Below are positions 1 to 12,743 of a stretch of DNA of 64,000 nucleotides, piece by piece. The stretch is from Ancylonema sp. Lineage: Eukaryota. The notes under the pieces are model-generated. The model ran no database searches. It saw only the letters and a list, made by a program, of their open reading frames with translations, and had not been told where the DNA came from. Position 1 is the first letter of the stretch; each line of letters begins with the position of its first letter. The position numbers and the translations under genes were made by a program. The stretch covers positions 1 through 64,000 of the forward strand of contig JBFLGF010000044.1 of the NCBI GenBank assembly GCA_050230475.1, given 5' to 3'.

Positions 1-46
1 GCTACAATGACGCTACAATGACGCTACAATGACGGCTTCAATGACG
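1..46. repeat. 11-bp tandem repeat (GCTACAATGAC)x3 plus a degenerate copy
   Basis: Read directly at the window start. Confidence 0.85.
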
Positions 47-2956
47 ATACACGGAACCAACTCCTTGGACGAGCTATGGGTCGCAACATTACGAAACGGC
101 TTGGAGGACCATTAATGGCGGTCCACAATACTCCATCATCCTCACCCCGCCCAACGGATTCATACCCCACCTCTCAATATTGAGCAAGGGGTGGGGGCTT
201 CTAATTCCCAAGGATTCAATAAGCTTTATAAAGAAGACATCGGCAGATAATTCTATTACAATGAGGATCAATCATTCTATGACATTTTCATATGCAATTA
301 GTTGACGTATCGATATGAATCGTTACTCAACACTAGCAAAACATGCGAGTAGCAAGATACTTCATGTGCCACAAATCATAAATCGACCCAAATCACCCCG
401 AGATAGTGTGCCAACACTTTAGGGATCCGAACTACAACAACTACTTCACCCCGAACTTGAATCCCAAATCACGTCATGTCCCAAATCGTTTTTAACTACT
501 ATCCAAATCAAGAAATTCGATGGGTGCCAAAGTGCGAGACGAAATCAAAACACTTCTAAGGCTCAAGGGTATTCCTACTACAACAAACTTATTAAATCAT
601 GCGAAGCATAGACGGTTGCACGTGCACGTGTAATAAAAAGTAAGTCGTCCGGAAAATGTGCCGGAAAGGTGTACAATGAGTCCACTCCTATACGAGGGCA
701 CCAACGAGCTCACAGAAGCAACGTTGGTCCAAAAGTCTAACGTGACGGTCGCACGCGTGACAACGGCACCCCGTTCACTAGATCTAGAACTATCGACTTA
801 GGACTTATGGGATGCAAGAAATCCTAGAGGACCCATCACCGCGAACCAACCGCGGACTGTTCGTGGTCACTTAAATTCAACGCTAGCACGACTAGAACAT
901 TCTCGTCCTTAATCTTTGGCATAACAAACACAAGCACCTCTACAACCTATAACGGCAAAACAACCCGCTACAACCACACGAGGCCTCTCTACACGACATT
1001 TCGCTCACTCAAAATACAACATTCTGAATGCAAATCACACAACACGAGTGAATGCTCTGGACACAAGTTATTGGTCAGAAGCCATTACCCTCAAATGTCA
1101 GAGCTAGGAACTTCTTATGGCTCCACGCAAAGGTCCAAAAAAGTTTTTGTGACAAAACACAAATGGAGATGCTTCCTGTACTCGACAGCCCGAGCTCTAC
1201 GATACAACACACCTCTCACTTCAGTGTCTAGGTGGCTCACTAGCCTAGTGACACAAAATCTCCAGAATTCCAAGACGTTCTAAAAATCACCAACATCAGC
1301 ATACACGTCCTCTTATAATAAATATACACAATACAAAAGACATTGCATCAATCCGATCACTAACGACTGAGTTTGACGCATCTGAAGATTCAACCCGAAA
1401 TTTTCCATAACTATCATTTAACAAAACCAACTCTAAACTTCCAACATCGATATCTTTCTCGATAAAAGTCCAAACTAACTTACACAATGTTCCATACACA
1501 ATGTTCAATATTTTTTCACTACAATGTTTGATACAACAACAAATTTCCGATAGAATCATCGAAAAAAATCCCCCGATACAAGTACAATATTATTTTTCAC
1601 ATCTGAGCCGGCGCGCGTCCGCGACCCGTCTGGAAAAAACGAAACATGGAAATGCGACAAAGTAGGGTTGGTGACACACTTACGAAGGAATGGGAGGACA
1701 AAGATGGTACGGAAAAATACGATGAACGGGAGACGTGCTAAACGATAGAATTGTAGCTTGCAAACGACAAGGGGGAATTACGAACGGGGACGGGATAATG
1801 AAGGAAAACAAAGTGTAATGAAATAGTACTACGCAAGGACAATAGTCCACCGCTTAGTGGGGGACGGGGCTTCCATTTGTCCCATTTTTCATGCAAGTCC
1901 CGTTCCGCTCGCGGATTTTGCGAGCCCGGCTCTGAGCCGGCTATGGATTTTATGGCTTTATTTATTTATTTATTTATTTTTATTTTACGGATTTTCCGGC
2001 TCGGGGACCCGCCTTGAATTTCATACTAAGTTCTTACGTATAATTTACCCCCTTACATTTTGTGGAAGTGAAAATATATTATTCCGTGGAAAAATAGGTA
2101 AGTCAACTGACTCGCCCGGTTCTGAAACGGTTCCATATGAACCGGTTACAAAAACAGAAACTTGCCGGTTTGTGCACGTCATTGCCTTGGAACGCTTCTA
2201 CATGTATAGAGCGATTACAGAACGACTTGTTGTCTAATTAGCCACGTACTCTATCCTTGCTATAACAGGCAAGGGCATCTCAAATACTGGTACGCCCATT
2301 GCGTCTTGACCTTCAAAAAATATCACGCAAATACGCAAATTACGCGAAAATTACGTGCATTTTGACCTTCGCACATTGTTGTCGTATCGCGTATTGGTTG
2401 CCTTTGTAGAGTAAATTTTAACAATCGTATATTTTATACTCCGGATGTTATTAACGAGATGCACGCAAAATTTCCTTCAAGATGACTCATTCACTCAACA
2501 CGTCATGTCTCGACGTTGACATCACTTGAGTGAAAACCAAATGAATTGGTTCGGAAGTTCCAAATTTGGGCTCATTGGAATCACTTGTGCTCATTTTCAA
2601 GAACCACGTTTGCGGTGGGATCAATATGAATTGCAACGATCAACTTCGTTGACTTGACTTGACTCCTTTGAATCGCCTTAACTCCTTCACTATATTTCAC
2701 TCTTGTGGCTTGACTTGACACGACCCCTTAAATTTGAGCCAACCACAACTTTCCTATTCCTAGATTCCTAATCTACCTAATTAGGAATCTAGGCTTCCTA
2801 ATCCTATACGACAGTGGCACAACTCGTCCACACTAAATCAACGAATCGCTGACAACATTGAGAGCATTTAACACCTCAAATAATCACAAATGATCTAACA
2901 AAAACGGAAATCACTTATCTCGTCGTACATGCCCACACACCAAGCACACTGACTAT

Positions 2957-5900
2957 TTACACAATGTTCAAATTCTTGTACCTATAATACACTAAGAAGC
3001 AGCCGAAGACCACTAGACCGCCAAACCCGGAGCAGATGAGGATATACCAAACGGCCGCGGGGTCCTCTTCTAGCCCTAGCAGCGGTACGTTCATTCCGAA
3101 CACGCCCGCCACCACTCCGAACATGGCAACCACAAATGTGGCAGTGGTTAGCAAGAGCTCAAACTGGATGAGCTTGTTGCGCACGTTGTCCTGCATGAAA
3201 CAAAACTCCCCTTCTTTTGTTATTGCTTTTCTTTTGAGTATTATTCCGGGTGTTGTTTTTTCTTGGGGTTTATTAAAGGCTTTTTAAGGTTTTTTGGAGG
3301 TTTTTTTTTTTTTTTTTTTTTTTTTAAATGAATAAATAAACACTGACTTGATCATTGGCATATTTCCAAGGTGTCTTTCAATGCTGTATTGTTGGTGTAA
3401 TTTACATGAAGTAGAAGAAGAGTCGCAAGAACCTCAAGTTGCTTGGAAGAATATTATCAATGTGTTATAAGAATAGTAGCAAACCATATGGCACGAAGAT
3501 GTGATTTAATAAACTAACAAAAAAAAAAACGTTTTTTCCTGAGGCGAAAAAGAAGAGACATAAACCATAGATGGCAAGTCGTCATATAAAGGAGAAATTC
3601 AAGTGAACTTTTTCCAAGGTTTTTCTCAACAAATCAAACCCCCAAAAAAAAAAAAAACATTATCTTGGAAGATAATGGTTTGTGCCCCCCACCAATTGGA
3701 TATTTATGAAGTCCTCCGTATCGTCAATGTATTGCGACAACTGCGTCCTCACAAACCCCTCTTGATAAATAATCTGGATACGGTACAACACTGTGCAAGC
3801 ACAACAACCCCCTCTTTAAAAGAAAAAAGTAAGTACAACAATCCCAACAAACCCCATGTGTATAAAATAAATAAATAAACCGAATCTCAACAATCCCGTT
3901 AATTGAGATACATTGTACAAGATTCGTCATCTTGTCTCAACTATGCAACCCCACCAATATAGCGAAGTAAAAGTCAATTTTCAAAGACGGGATACAACAT
4001 ACTTATGTGTCTCAAGCACAAGCAACGAACTCAAGTCCACTCCCAATTAGATTCTGAAAATGCGCAAGCAAGAAAATTTGTACTAAAAAGTTAATAATTA
4101 TGATAATATATGTGTATTTATATAAAAAAATAAAAATTAAACCCCCCCCCCCCCCCCCCAAATCTCTCTCCACTAGAGAGTCTCCACATCTCCCCGTGCC
4201 TCCACCCACATCCAGCCCCAACGAACCTCTCTCTACAAGCGCACACACTCCCCCCCCCCCCCCCCCAACCCCCAACCCCCCACCCCCCCCCCGCCAACCT
4301 GCGACAATTTATTAAGAGTCCCGTCTATGACCACAAAATACGCCTCCAACAACATCTCCAACTCCTCCACCCCTTCCTCCTCGCCGCTATCCCCACTACT
4401 CCCACCACCGCTCAAGAAGCTCATCGAACGGTCCAAATCACGACGACCGCCGTGGATACTACCACCCCCCTCCTGCATCCACCCTCCCCCAACCCATTTC
4501 CCCGGTCGGCCACCCAAGGAAAGTGTGCCTATAGAGAGGGCGTGCCTATATAGAGGGTGTTCTTACATAAAGTATGTGCCTGTGGAGAATTTGTGCTTAT
4601 AGAGAATGTGTGCTTGTAGAGTGTGTGCTTATAGAGAATGTGTGATTGTAAAGTGTGTGTGTGTCTATAGAGAGGGTTTGCTTACACACAGTTTGTGCCT
4701 ATCCTGCCAGAGCCTGTGCCTGCAGAGAGTGTGTTCTTATATAGAGGGAGTGTGCTCTATAGAGAGAGTGTGCCTATAGAGAGTGTGTGCTTATATAGAG
4801 GGAGCGTGCTTGTATATAGTGTGTGCCTATGCGGAGTGTGTGGGTATACCCTCCCGGGCGATCCAAACGGCGACACGGGCGCCGACAGCACACTCCTCCC
4901 CCCGTGCGGGCTCACCATCCCCCCCCCCCCCCCGGCCCCGCCCCCGCCCCCACCCCCCATCCCCCCAAACCCCCCGCCCCCACCCCCCCCGCCCACCCCC
5001 GCCCCGTACAACCCGCCCTCCTGCATGTGGTGACTCCCGCCCCCGCCCCCGCCCTCCGCCTTCCTCCTTTTGTCAGTGAGGTACATTTCCGCCATGTCGC
5101 CGTCGTCGTCCATCAGCTGCTCGATTTCGTCGCGGACTTTTTGGACGCGTCTCGTGATCGCGACCAGGTTGGATTTGAGGCGGCGGACTAGTTCCAGGTT
5201 CCGGGTGGAGATGTGGTAGGCGAGCTGCTCGAGGAGGGGGTAGGCGTCTGCGCCGAGTGTGTTGGCCTGGAAAAAAAAAAAAAAAAAAAAAACAACGGAA
5301 AGTAATTTCAATGAACGAAAACAACAAACAAAACCAAACAAAAAAAAAAAAAAAAAAAAAAAAAAACAAGAATAGGACCGAATTCTGAACAGCGCACACC
5401 TGTCGGTCGAGATTGGAGCACGTTATTTCGAGAGCGATTTCGAGGGCTTGGAACTCAAAGGGGAGGTCTTCCCCCGCCGCCCCCCCCAAGCCCACAAACA
5501 TATCATGCTCCGCAGGGCTGCCACGTGGCAGTAGGCGGGGACAGGTGTGAGATGGGAAACAACCAAAAGAAGTGATAAATTGAAAAAATGATGGAAGAAA
5601 AAAAAAGGAAGAAAACGGGGGGGGGGTGTGTGTGGGGTCTACACTTCCTTCTTTTTACTCACGAGAAGCTTCGCCTACCATTCCAATCAAAAAGTTGATC
5701 AGAAAACTGAGGCCCAATCAAACAATGTTTCTGGTTATAAAGGGCAGATTTTTGTGTGTTCCTGAGCTTTTAATTCTGATTGATTGATGCCTAGTGATTA
5801 CTATTATGATTATAATTTATTTATTTTTTTTAAAAAAACTCTCTGAAGGTAACGGAAATGTACTTGTGGTGGTGATGGTGGTGGTGGTGGGTGCCTGGGA

Positions 5901-8900
5901 CTTGGTACCCAGCCAGGTCCGCACCTTCCAGGAAGTTTCCGGTGGGCCTGTGGAGACTAGCAGACATGGGTGAGAAAACAAACAGACTTCAGAATCAGGA
6001 GGGGGGGGGAATCAAAGAAAAACAAAAACAAAAAAAACCAAAAAAAAAAAGTTTTATACATATATATTTCCTAAATATGTAGGGAATGCAATCTTTGTTA
6101 AAGCGTCTAAATGCAACAAAAAGGTTTTCTACAAAAAATCGAAGGCAGCATGTGAAGAATGAATCATAATGATGATGGCGTTGCTATGAGCCTGTAGATG
6201 GAGCAGGGAGTTCACGGGATCTAAACTCGCACCTTCCTGGAAACTTCCTCATATCCACGGCAGCCTTCAAGTCCCGTGTAAGCATGCGTCTTTCGAGCTC
6301 CTTTTTGTACTGGGGGGGGGGGGGGGAAACCGAAAAAAGAAGGGAAAAAAAATCTTCTGGTTGTTGAGCAGAGTGGCCCAGCCACAATTTTTTTTTTTTT
6401 TTTTAATTATTTTTTTTAAAGTATCTTTTTTTGATCCCCCACTTTCTCTTTAGGTTGTGTTTTTTTTTGGTTTAAAGACTAATGCGCCAGCCAGCACACA
6501 AGGATCAGTTGAAAACATTCATAATGATGGCTATGTCTATAAAGCTCTATGCCCGTATACGTAGAAATATGTCTTTGTGTGTATGTATGACGTATATCTG
6601 CATACATACGTGTACAAAAGAAAAAGGGGGGGGGGATAAACAAAAAAAAAAAACAAAAAAAAAAAGTACTTCATGTTATTGCTAGAGTACACATGTGTGT
6701 TTATTCTATTGTTTGAGTATCTGTTGCAATTTTATGTGTCTGAATAAGTACTCCACACTTTAAAACGTGTATTTATGAACTGAAAGATGTACAAGATGTA
6801 TGTTTGTACACACTATCAAAATACTCATGGATACATTCCTAGTACGAGGAAACAAATACATGTATGCAGATCTGCGTTCAAGGGTAGAATAATACTTGTC
6901 TCTATGCATACATACACACAATATTGCATCCGTTTGATGTCATATGAGGTGCTAAGATAAGACATTCGACCTGAATGTAATCCACTAATTTCCACAAACA
7001 AGACTGTCCTCATCCCCCCTCCCCTCCCCCAAACCATCCCTCTACATGTCTCATAGTGCAGTAGCTTGAATCCCCCCTCCTAACCCCAAACTCTACAAGT
7101 CCCCCGTTGCCTACCTTACCAACTCCCAACCCCCCCCCCACTCCCGTTTTCTTTCCGCTGTCTTCTCCTCTCTTTTTTTTCCATATTAAAAAAAAAATAC
7201 AAGACCCAAAACACACAAAAAAAAAAAAAAAAAAAAAAAAAAAGGGAGAGTGAGTTGCGTTGGTTCTCTTACATTTTGCACCACGGGTTCGTTGGAGTGC
7301 AGCAGCAAACACTCGTCCGCCGTTATGACGCACCGTATCTGTTCCAGATTCACCACGATAGCCTTCTCGCGGCCCAAAATGGTGCTCGGGTAAACGAACA
7401 TGGGGTCCAAAAGACGGAGGTCGCGAGCCGGGAGCTCACACCTAAAACCCCACAACCCCAGAACTCAGAATGTCTGAACCCAAAAACCCTAGAACCAGAG
7501 AAACTCGAAAATCACGAAATCTCAATACTCCTCAAAACCTCAGAACCCCGGAACCCCATTGAGATCCAAAGGTATTCTTTTCTGGTATTCTTTTCTGACC
7601 CAATGGTGGTCTGTATTCTGTATTCTATATTCTATATTCTGTATTCTGTATTCTGTATTCTGTATTCTATATTCTATATTCTGTATTCTGTATTCTGTAT
7701 TCTGTATTCTGTATTCTATATTCTATATTCTGTATTCTGTATTCTGTATTCTGTATTCTATATTCTATATTATGTTTTCTGTATTCTATATTCTATATTC
7801 TATATTCTATATTCTATATTCTGTGAATCCCATTGAGACCTAAATCCTGAGAAGCACACACCGGAGGGCTCCAAAACGGGAGGATGTGATTAGGTCGTCT
7901 CCGGGACTTGACCAGGGTTAGAGGGTGTGGTTATGTATTTTTCCGGGATTTGACCAGGGGTTAAGGGTGTGAAAAGAGCTCTTCCATGACTTGACCAGGG
8001 TTAGAGGGTTTGGTTAGATCTTCTTCCGGGGTTTGACCAGGGTTCAAGGGTGTGGTTATATCCTTGGAGCGGTTTGGCTAGCTCGCCTGTATATTGTGCG
8101 ATTTTCAGTTTCAGGTTCAAGTTCAGGTTCGGGTTCGGGTTCGGGTTCAGGTTCAGATTCGGGCTCACGGGATCAGGGCCTCAGTTGACCATAGTTTACG
8201 GAATCTGTTTTCTGTGTCACCTACTCTAACTCACTCTTTGGTGTCCCATTCATTTTACACAAATCGGGGGAAAAAATTGAAGGGTAAATAATAGGCAGAA
8301 AGAAAAAAGGAGACTAAAATTCGTATCGTTACCCCCTCTGTACCACAACGAATTTCCGATTTATCGAATTATTGTCTTCCTCATTAATCGAAACACCACA
8401 CTCAAAAACTCAAAAAGTCGAATGCCAATACTGGACAATTTGATTATTTATTATTATGAATTTAGTTGTTCAGTGGCTTTGTTTTTATATTTTTTTTCTG
8501 GGAAAAAATTGGGACTGAATTTGCCTTGAATATCCAACAAATTTAATCATTAATTATCATGATTAAAACGGGAATATATTAAAACCATTACTCTCCGATG
8601 CATGCAAGCGGAAACAGAATGCAATTCAGAATCGGTAGATTGCCCCCACACACTGCTGGACAGTACGCATGCTCAGCCGTACAGCATGCTGACGTCAGAA
8701 ATACGTCAGCTCGGCCCAACTTGTCTCAAATCTGGCGTGTCCGATAGATGGCCAGGATGACAGTACGGAATGATGATGTACAGGATTTGTAAGCACTGCC
8801 TGCATAACCCCATGCAGACACGTGCCCGCACGTGTGTACACACGACCAGATCAGATTCGCACGCGCGTGGTTGTTTTCACACATGCTTCCGGCAGGTACT

Positions 8901-9283
8901 GACAGGTGGAGGGTACATAAAATTATGCCATACACATCTCTTCTGCCCCTTGCCACGTCACCCCCGTACCTCCTCATGATTGTACCCTTGTCGGATTCCA
9001 CCATTTTGGAGTGCCCTCTGGAATCAATAATCATCCACGTCCGCACACCATGACCCCTCTTTTTCAACATGTGCATTTCAGGCGGCGTCGCCCCCCCCCA
9101 GATACCCCCAAAAGGAGGCGCGGGAGGCCGCAGAGAGCTTGATCCAGGGGGCGCTCCAGCCCCGCCGGGTATAACCCCCCCGCCACCCTTCAAGGCCCCT
9201 CCTGGCAGGGGAGGGGTCATTGGGCGGGAGGGAAGAAGCTTTGCCGTAACTTCCTTCAGATCCGCCGCGGCCATACCACCCAT
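2957..9283 (-). CDS. MRS2: MRS2/MGT (CorA family) magnesium transporter, MRS2-1/MRS2-10-like; exons 9283-8970, 7441-7273, 6309-6233, 5956-5864, 5517-5400, 5266-4850, 4472-4299, 3740-3693, 3190-2957 (~547 aa)
   Basis: All introns are GT-AG with consistent phases. Motifs: LKKRG..RTW, RCELPARDLRLLDPMFVYPSTILGREKAIVVNLEQIRC, LPFEFQALE, RVQKVRDEIEQLMDDDGDMAEMYLT, EELEMLLEAYF, YIDDTEDFINIQLDNVRN and TM1 ending in GMN. The start may be 9283 or 9274; the exon 7 acceptor (4473) is the least certain junction. Confidence 0.96.
4522..4842. repeat. Degenerate ~17-19 bp minisatellite (GTGTGCYTATAGAGAG-like) in MRS2 intron 6
   Basis: Recurring gtgtgc(c/t)tatagag units. Confidence 0.8.
7611..7823. repeat. 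Heptamer tandem repeat (TATTCTG/TATTCTA)n in MRS2 intron 1
   Basis: About 30 consecutive units. Confidence 0.95.
7898..8162. repeat. Four ~40-bp units (TTCCGGGACTTGACCAGGGTTAGAGGGTGTGGTTA-like) followed by a GGTTCA/GGTTCG hexamer run
   Basis: Unit starts near 7900, 7942, 7982 and 8024; hexamers at 8105-8162. Confidence 0.8.
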
Positions 9284-10260
9284 TGGGATCACGATTGCTG
9301 ACGTCAGTCAACAGGGAGGAGATTCCGGCGGCAGTTGAGGGCATCGCCCAGCCCGCGTCGACAATTTCGTTGTAGCGGGGTGCGACGGGGAGTATGCGTA
9401 TAATGATTTTTCGGAAAACTATACGCCCCCCAGTCTTCCTGCTGTCGAAGATCTCGAGGAGTGAGAGGCGATGTGATTAAAAGACGTGTCGTTATAGTAC
9501 TTTTGTTGTATATCCAACAGCACCGTAAAGCTTAAGTAGGTACTCCGGAGCCCCCAGCGCATACAGCGATAGTTGCAGAAGCGGATAGTAGCCGTTCGGT
9601 AAAATCAAAGAGAGTAAAATAGATCCACGATCGTTGGGTTTTTTACGTTGTGATATGATGGCAGCAAGGCACTATGTTGGTTCGTCTCTCGAGCCCATTG
9701 GCCGGACACGATTGGCAACGCATACGGGGCCGCATCCGCTAACGCAGTCGAAAAGAGCGTTAAACTATGCGCCGCAGCTCTCGGTCTGTCCGCTACGCAC
9801 GTGTGAGCAAGTGTGAGGAGGCGGCACAGTGATGGCAAATGATTCGAGTGATTCACGTGAGATTTTCGAGAGATTCTCGTGAGATTCGAGAGATTCTCGT
9901 GAGATTCGAGAGATTCACGTGAGATTCGTGCGTGATACGAGCACCAGTAGCGTGTGGGACCGTGGAATTAACGGCAACATAAGTTCGGCGGAAACCACGT
10001 GGCAATTTGGGTTGACGGGTGGCAAGAAATTTGTGCCACGTGGCCAGCAAGCTCGAGCCTCGAATCTTGAAGAATCGCCTTCCGGCGCATCGATCCGGGC
10101 TTCCCCCATCCGATCGGTTACCTGAAATGGGTACGTGTCAATCCGTTGGCAGCGGCGCCGCTGTAGGTTCGGGATAGCTGAGCGCAGATTTTCATGAGCG
10201 CATGATCCTGCGCAGGATCCTGCGCTCATGAGCGGATGATCGTACAAGATCCTGGGGTCT

Positions 10261-10883
10261 GGGATCGTTGGCAACACTCCAGTTTTGACTAGCAACACTC
10301 CAGGCAACTTTATTTGCCGGCGTCGGGTGGGCCGGTCGCTTAACTAGCCGGTCATTCGATAAACTCCCGCTGTAGCGCGAAATAGTCCCAACTGCCCACG
10401 GCCCACGGCTCACAACCCCGAAAAATACCCGGTGGATCGCACCCACTGGTATCGGCAGGTGGATTCCGCACGTGTAACAGACGCGTGAGCTTACCCACGC
10501 GATACACGTGCGATACAGGCACGTGTATATTACGACTGAGCTGCACACGCGTGTCGGATGCGAAATACAACCGTGTATCGGACACGTGCGCAAGCTCTCA
10601 CCTAAAAGATACCTGCCTGTCTCACACGTGTGTCGCGTGGCCAAGCTCACGAGTGCGTTACACGTGCGAGTCCACCTGCCGATACCAGTGGGTGCGATCC
10701 ACCGGGTTTTTTTCGGGGTTGTGAGCCGTGGGCCGTGGGCTGTGCCAGGGCTGTGGGACTAATTCGCGCTACAGCGGGAATTTATCGTATGTCTGGCTAG
10801 TTAAGCGACCGGCCCACCCGATGCCGGCAAATAAAGTTGCCTGGAGTATTGCTAGTCAAAACTGGAGTGTTGCCAACGATCCC
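10261..10883. mobile_element. Foldback / long-TIR non-autonomous element (near-complete ~620-bp hairpin)
   Basis: The left arm GGGATCGTTGGCAACACTCCAGTTTTGACTAGC... is the reverse complement of the right arm ending ...GGAGTGTTGCCAACGATCCC. Pairing continues inward for ~260 bp, with a further inner stem at 10538-10596. Confidence 0.85.
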
Positions 10884-12743
10884 CTTTTATTGATAGATCC
10901 GCGAACGGGTGGGTCTGGAAGGCGGGAGAGATCCCCCGCAGGCAGCGTGTTGGGAAGTACTGGAGTACAACTTGTCTAGTCGGGGAGGAGAACAAATATT
11001 CCTTCAGAAAGGTTATGCACTAAGACATTTTTGGTTCTAAATGTCGTGAAACCCATTCCCATCTGCCTACGACGGGAAACAAGCCAATATCGAGGTCAGG
11101 ATCCGTTCAAACGTGTTTTCCCGGTTCACATGGCCAATAGTTTGTTGTGTAGCCTACTCTCGAGTGACTTCCCACAATCTCGGAGATACTAGGCGCCATA
11201 TTTATCATTTCCAACGATGTGTGTTCACGTGGAAGGCCCTAACATCACCCGCCAAATATTGTCTGGCCCCTGTTTTGTCGTTTAGCGTGTTATTGTAAAG
11301 TCCCAAATCCCGGGAGATCCGAATCTGGTACGGATAAACAAAAATATGTCAAAAAATGTACGGATTTTGTACTTTATTCCTTTACACGTATCACGGGGGG
11401 CTAGAATGGTATTCCTTAGAACATTGGAATAATTACACTCCCCCAACGACGGGGGGGGGCATTTTATATTCCTTTATACTAGTTATTCCTTTGGTCAATA
11501 TCTTTTGGACAGGTTATACTGTACAAGTGAACGCGACATGAACTGAACCAAGACTCGTGTATTTATCGGCCAGTACAAATCGACGCCCAGAGATTATTTA
11601 AACGAACAAAATCAACAAATTTTGAACACAGATGTGCGAAGGCAAGAAATATTAAAGGCAAGGCCGTCGTATTCGACATAATAATCTTGATGCGCATTTA
11701 TGAACCCTAATTATGACGTAGTGTATTATCCTAAATAAATTACATTTATTATGCGATTTCATGGGGGGTACCGTTAATTTTTTGTTTTTAATGCAAACAA
11801 CGAACCCCCGAGAAAAAAAACCAACAAAAAAAAAAAAAAACAAACAAATGAAGCATAGATCGTCATTAAAAATTTGATAGCACAACTAGTTTCTCAACGA
11901 AAAATTATCGCCGAATTTGGCGCAGAAGTAGAAAGAATCATTAAATAAGTATTGAAGTAAGTGCGTCAAGTAAGTTTGCCCCTGGTGCGAAAATCAAGGA
12001 GAAAGAGACACAATCGCGGTGAGTCATAGGCATGTCCGTTTCTTATGTATAATCTTCAATACGCATGTGCGTCGGTATCGGTATCTAATGAACGATCGTT
12101 ATTTTGCTATGTGTAGATTTATCGCAAGAACACTCGCGATACACTCCGGTGCTTTGATATGTTGACGATCAGGAGGGACTTCCGCAACGTCGTTGGCATC
12201 GGCGGGGTGGCAGGGAGATCCCATTTGTCCCACCATATGAATAATCATATTCTGATGATTTCTTATTGTGAAATTGCGTCACCTTCCCCATGACCTCGGA
12301 ACTTATTAAGTGTCGTCGTTCGTTCGTTTTATCCATCCAACCTACGAAGCAAACAATGGTTTTGTCGGTTTCCTCAACAAACGGCCCCCAGTCGAAATCG
12401 AGAGCGAGATCTGAAACACAGTGCCGCTGGGCAATGTACGTTAACAAACTAGTTATAATAAGCATCAGGGACTCGAACCCCTCGACAGGTTGGATCCAAA
12501 TCTACAGCATTAAATGCTTGTCAGTACCACAGCGACGGAATGCCCTGTAGATCTGGCGTGTATGCTTGAAAGCATGGATTATGTTGGATTATGGACCTGA
12601 ACATAACACTTGGGAACCAGCGATAGTTATCGAAAANACAAAATAATCAAAGCCAGACAATTGATTTCACAAAGCCAATTATATCTTCCAATTGATTCTA
12701 TAAGGGTGATACTGTGCACCCCTTTCCCCCCCCCCCCCCCCAG

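Noticed and set aside
47..1560. Possible gene or TE coding region at the window start (likewise 62480-64000)
   Set aside because: No recognisable protein motif, termini or consistent exon chain; left unannotated.
4518..4830. GC-AG intron created by tandem duplication in MRS2
   Set aside because: A canonical in-phase GT(4849)-AG(4473) intron explains the junction more simply.
7255..7836. 193-aa hydrophobic ORF (ILYSIFY repeats)
   Set aside because: It is a translation of the heptamer satellite, antisense within an MRS2 intron.
7898..8060. CRISPR-like repeat-spacer pattern (also 47660-47895)
   Set aside because: Units are degenerate, spacers are very short or irregular, there are no cas genes, and the context is eukaryotic.
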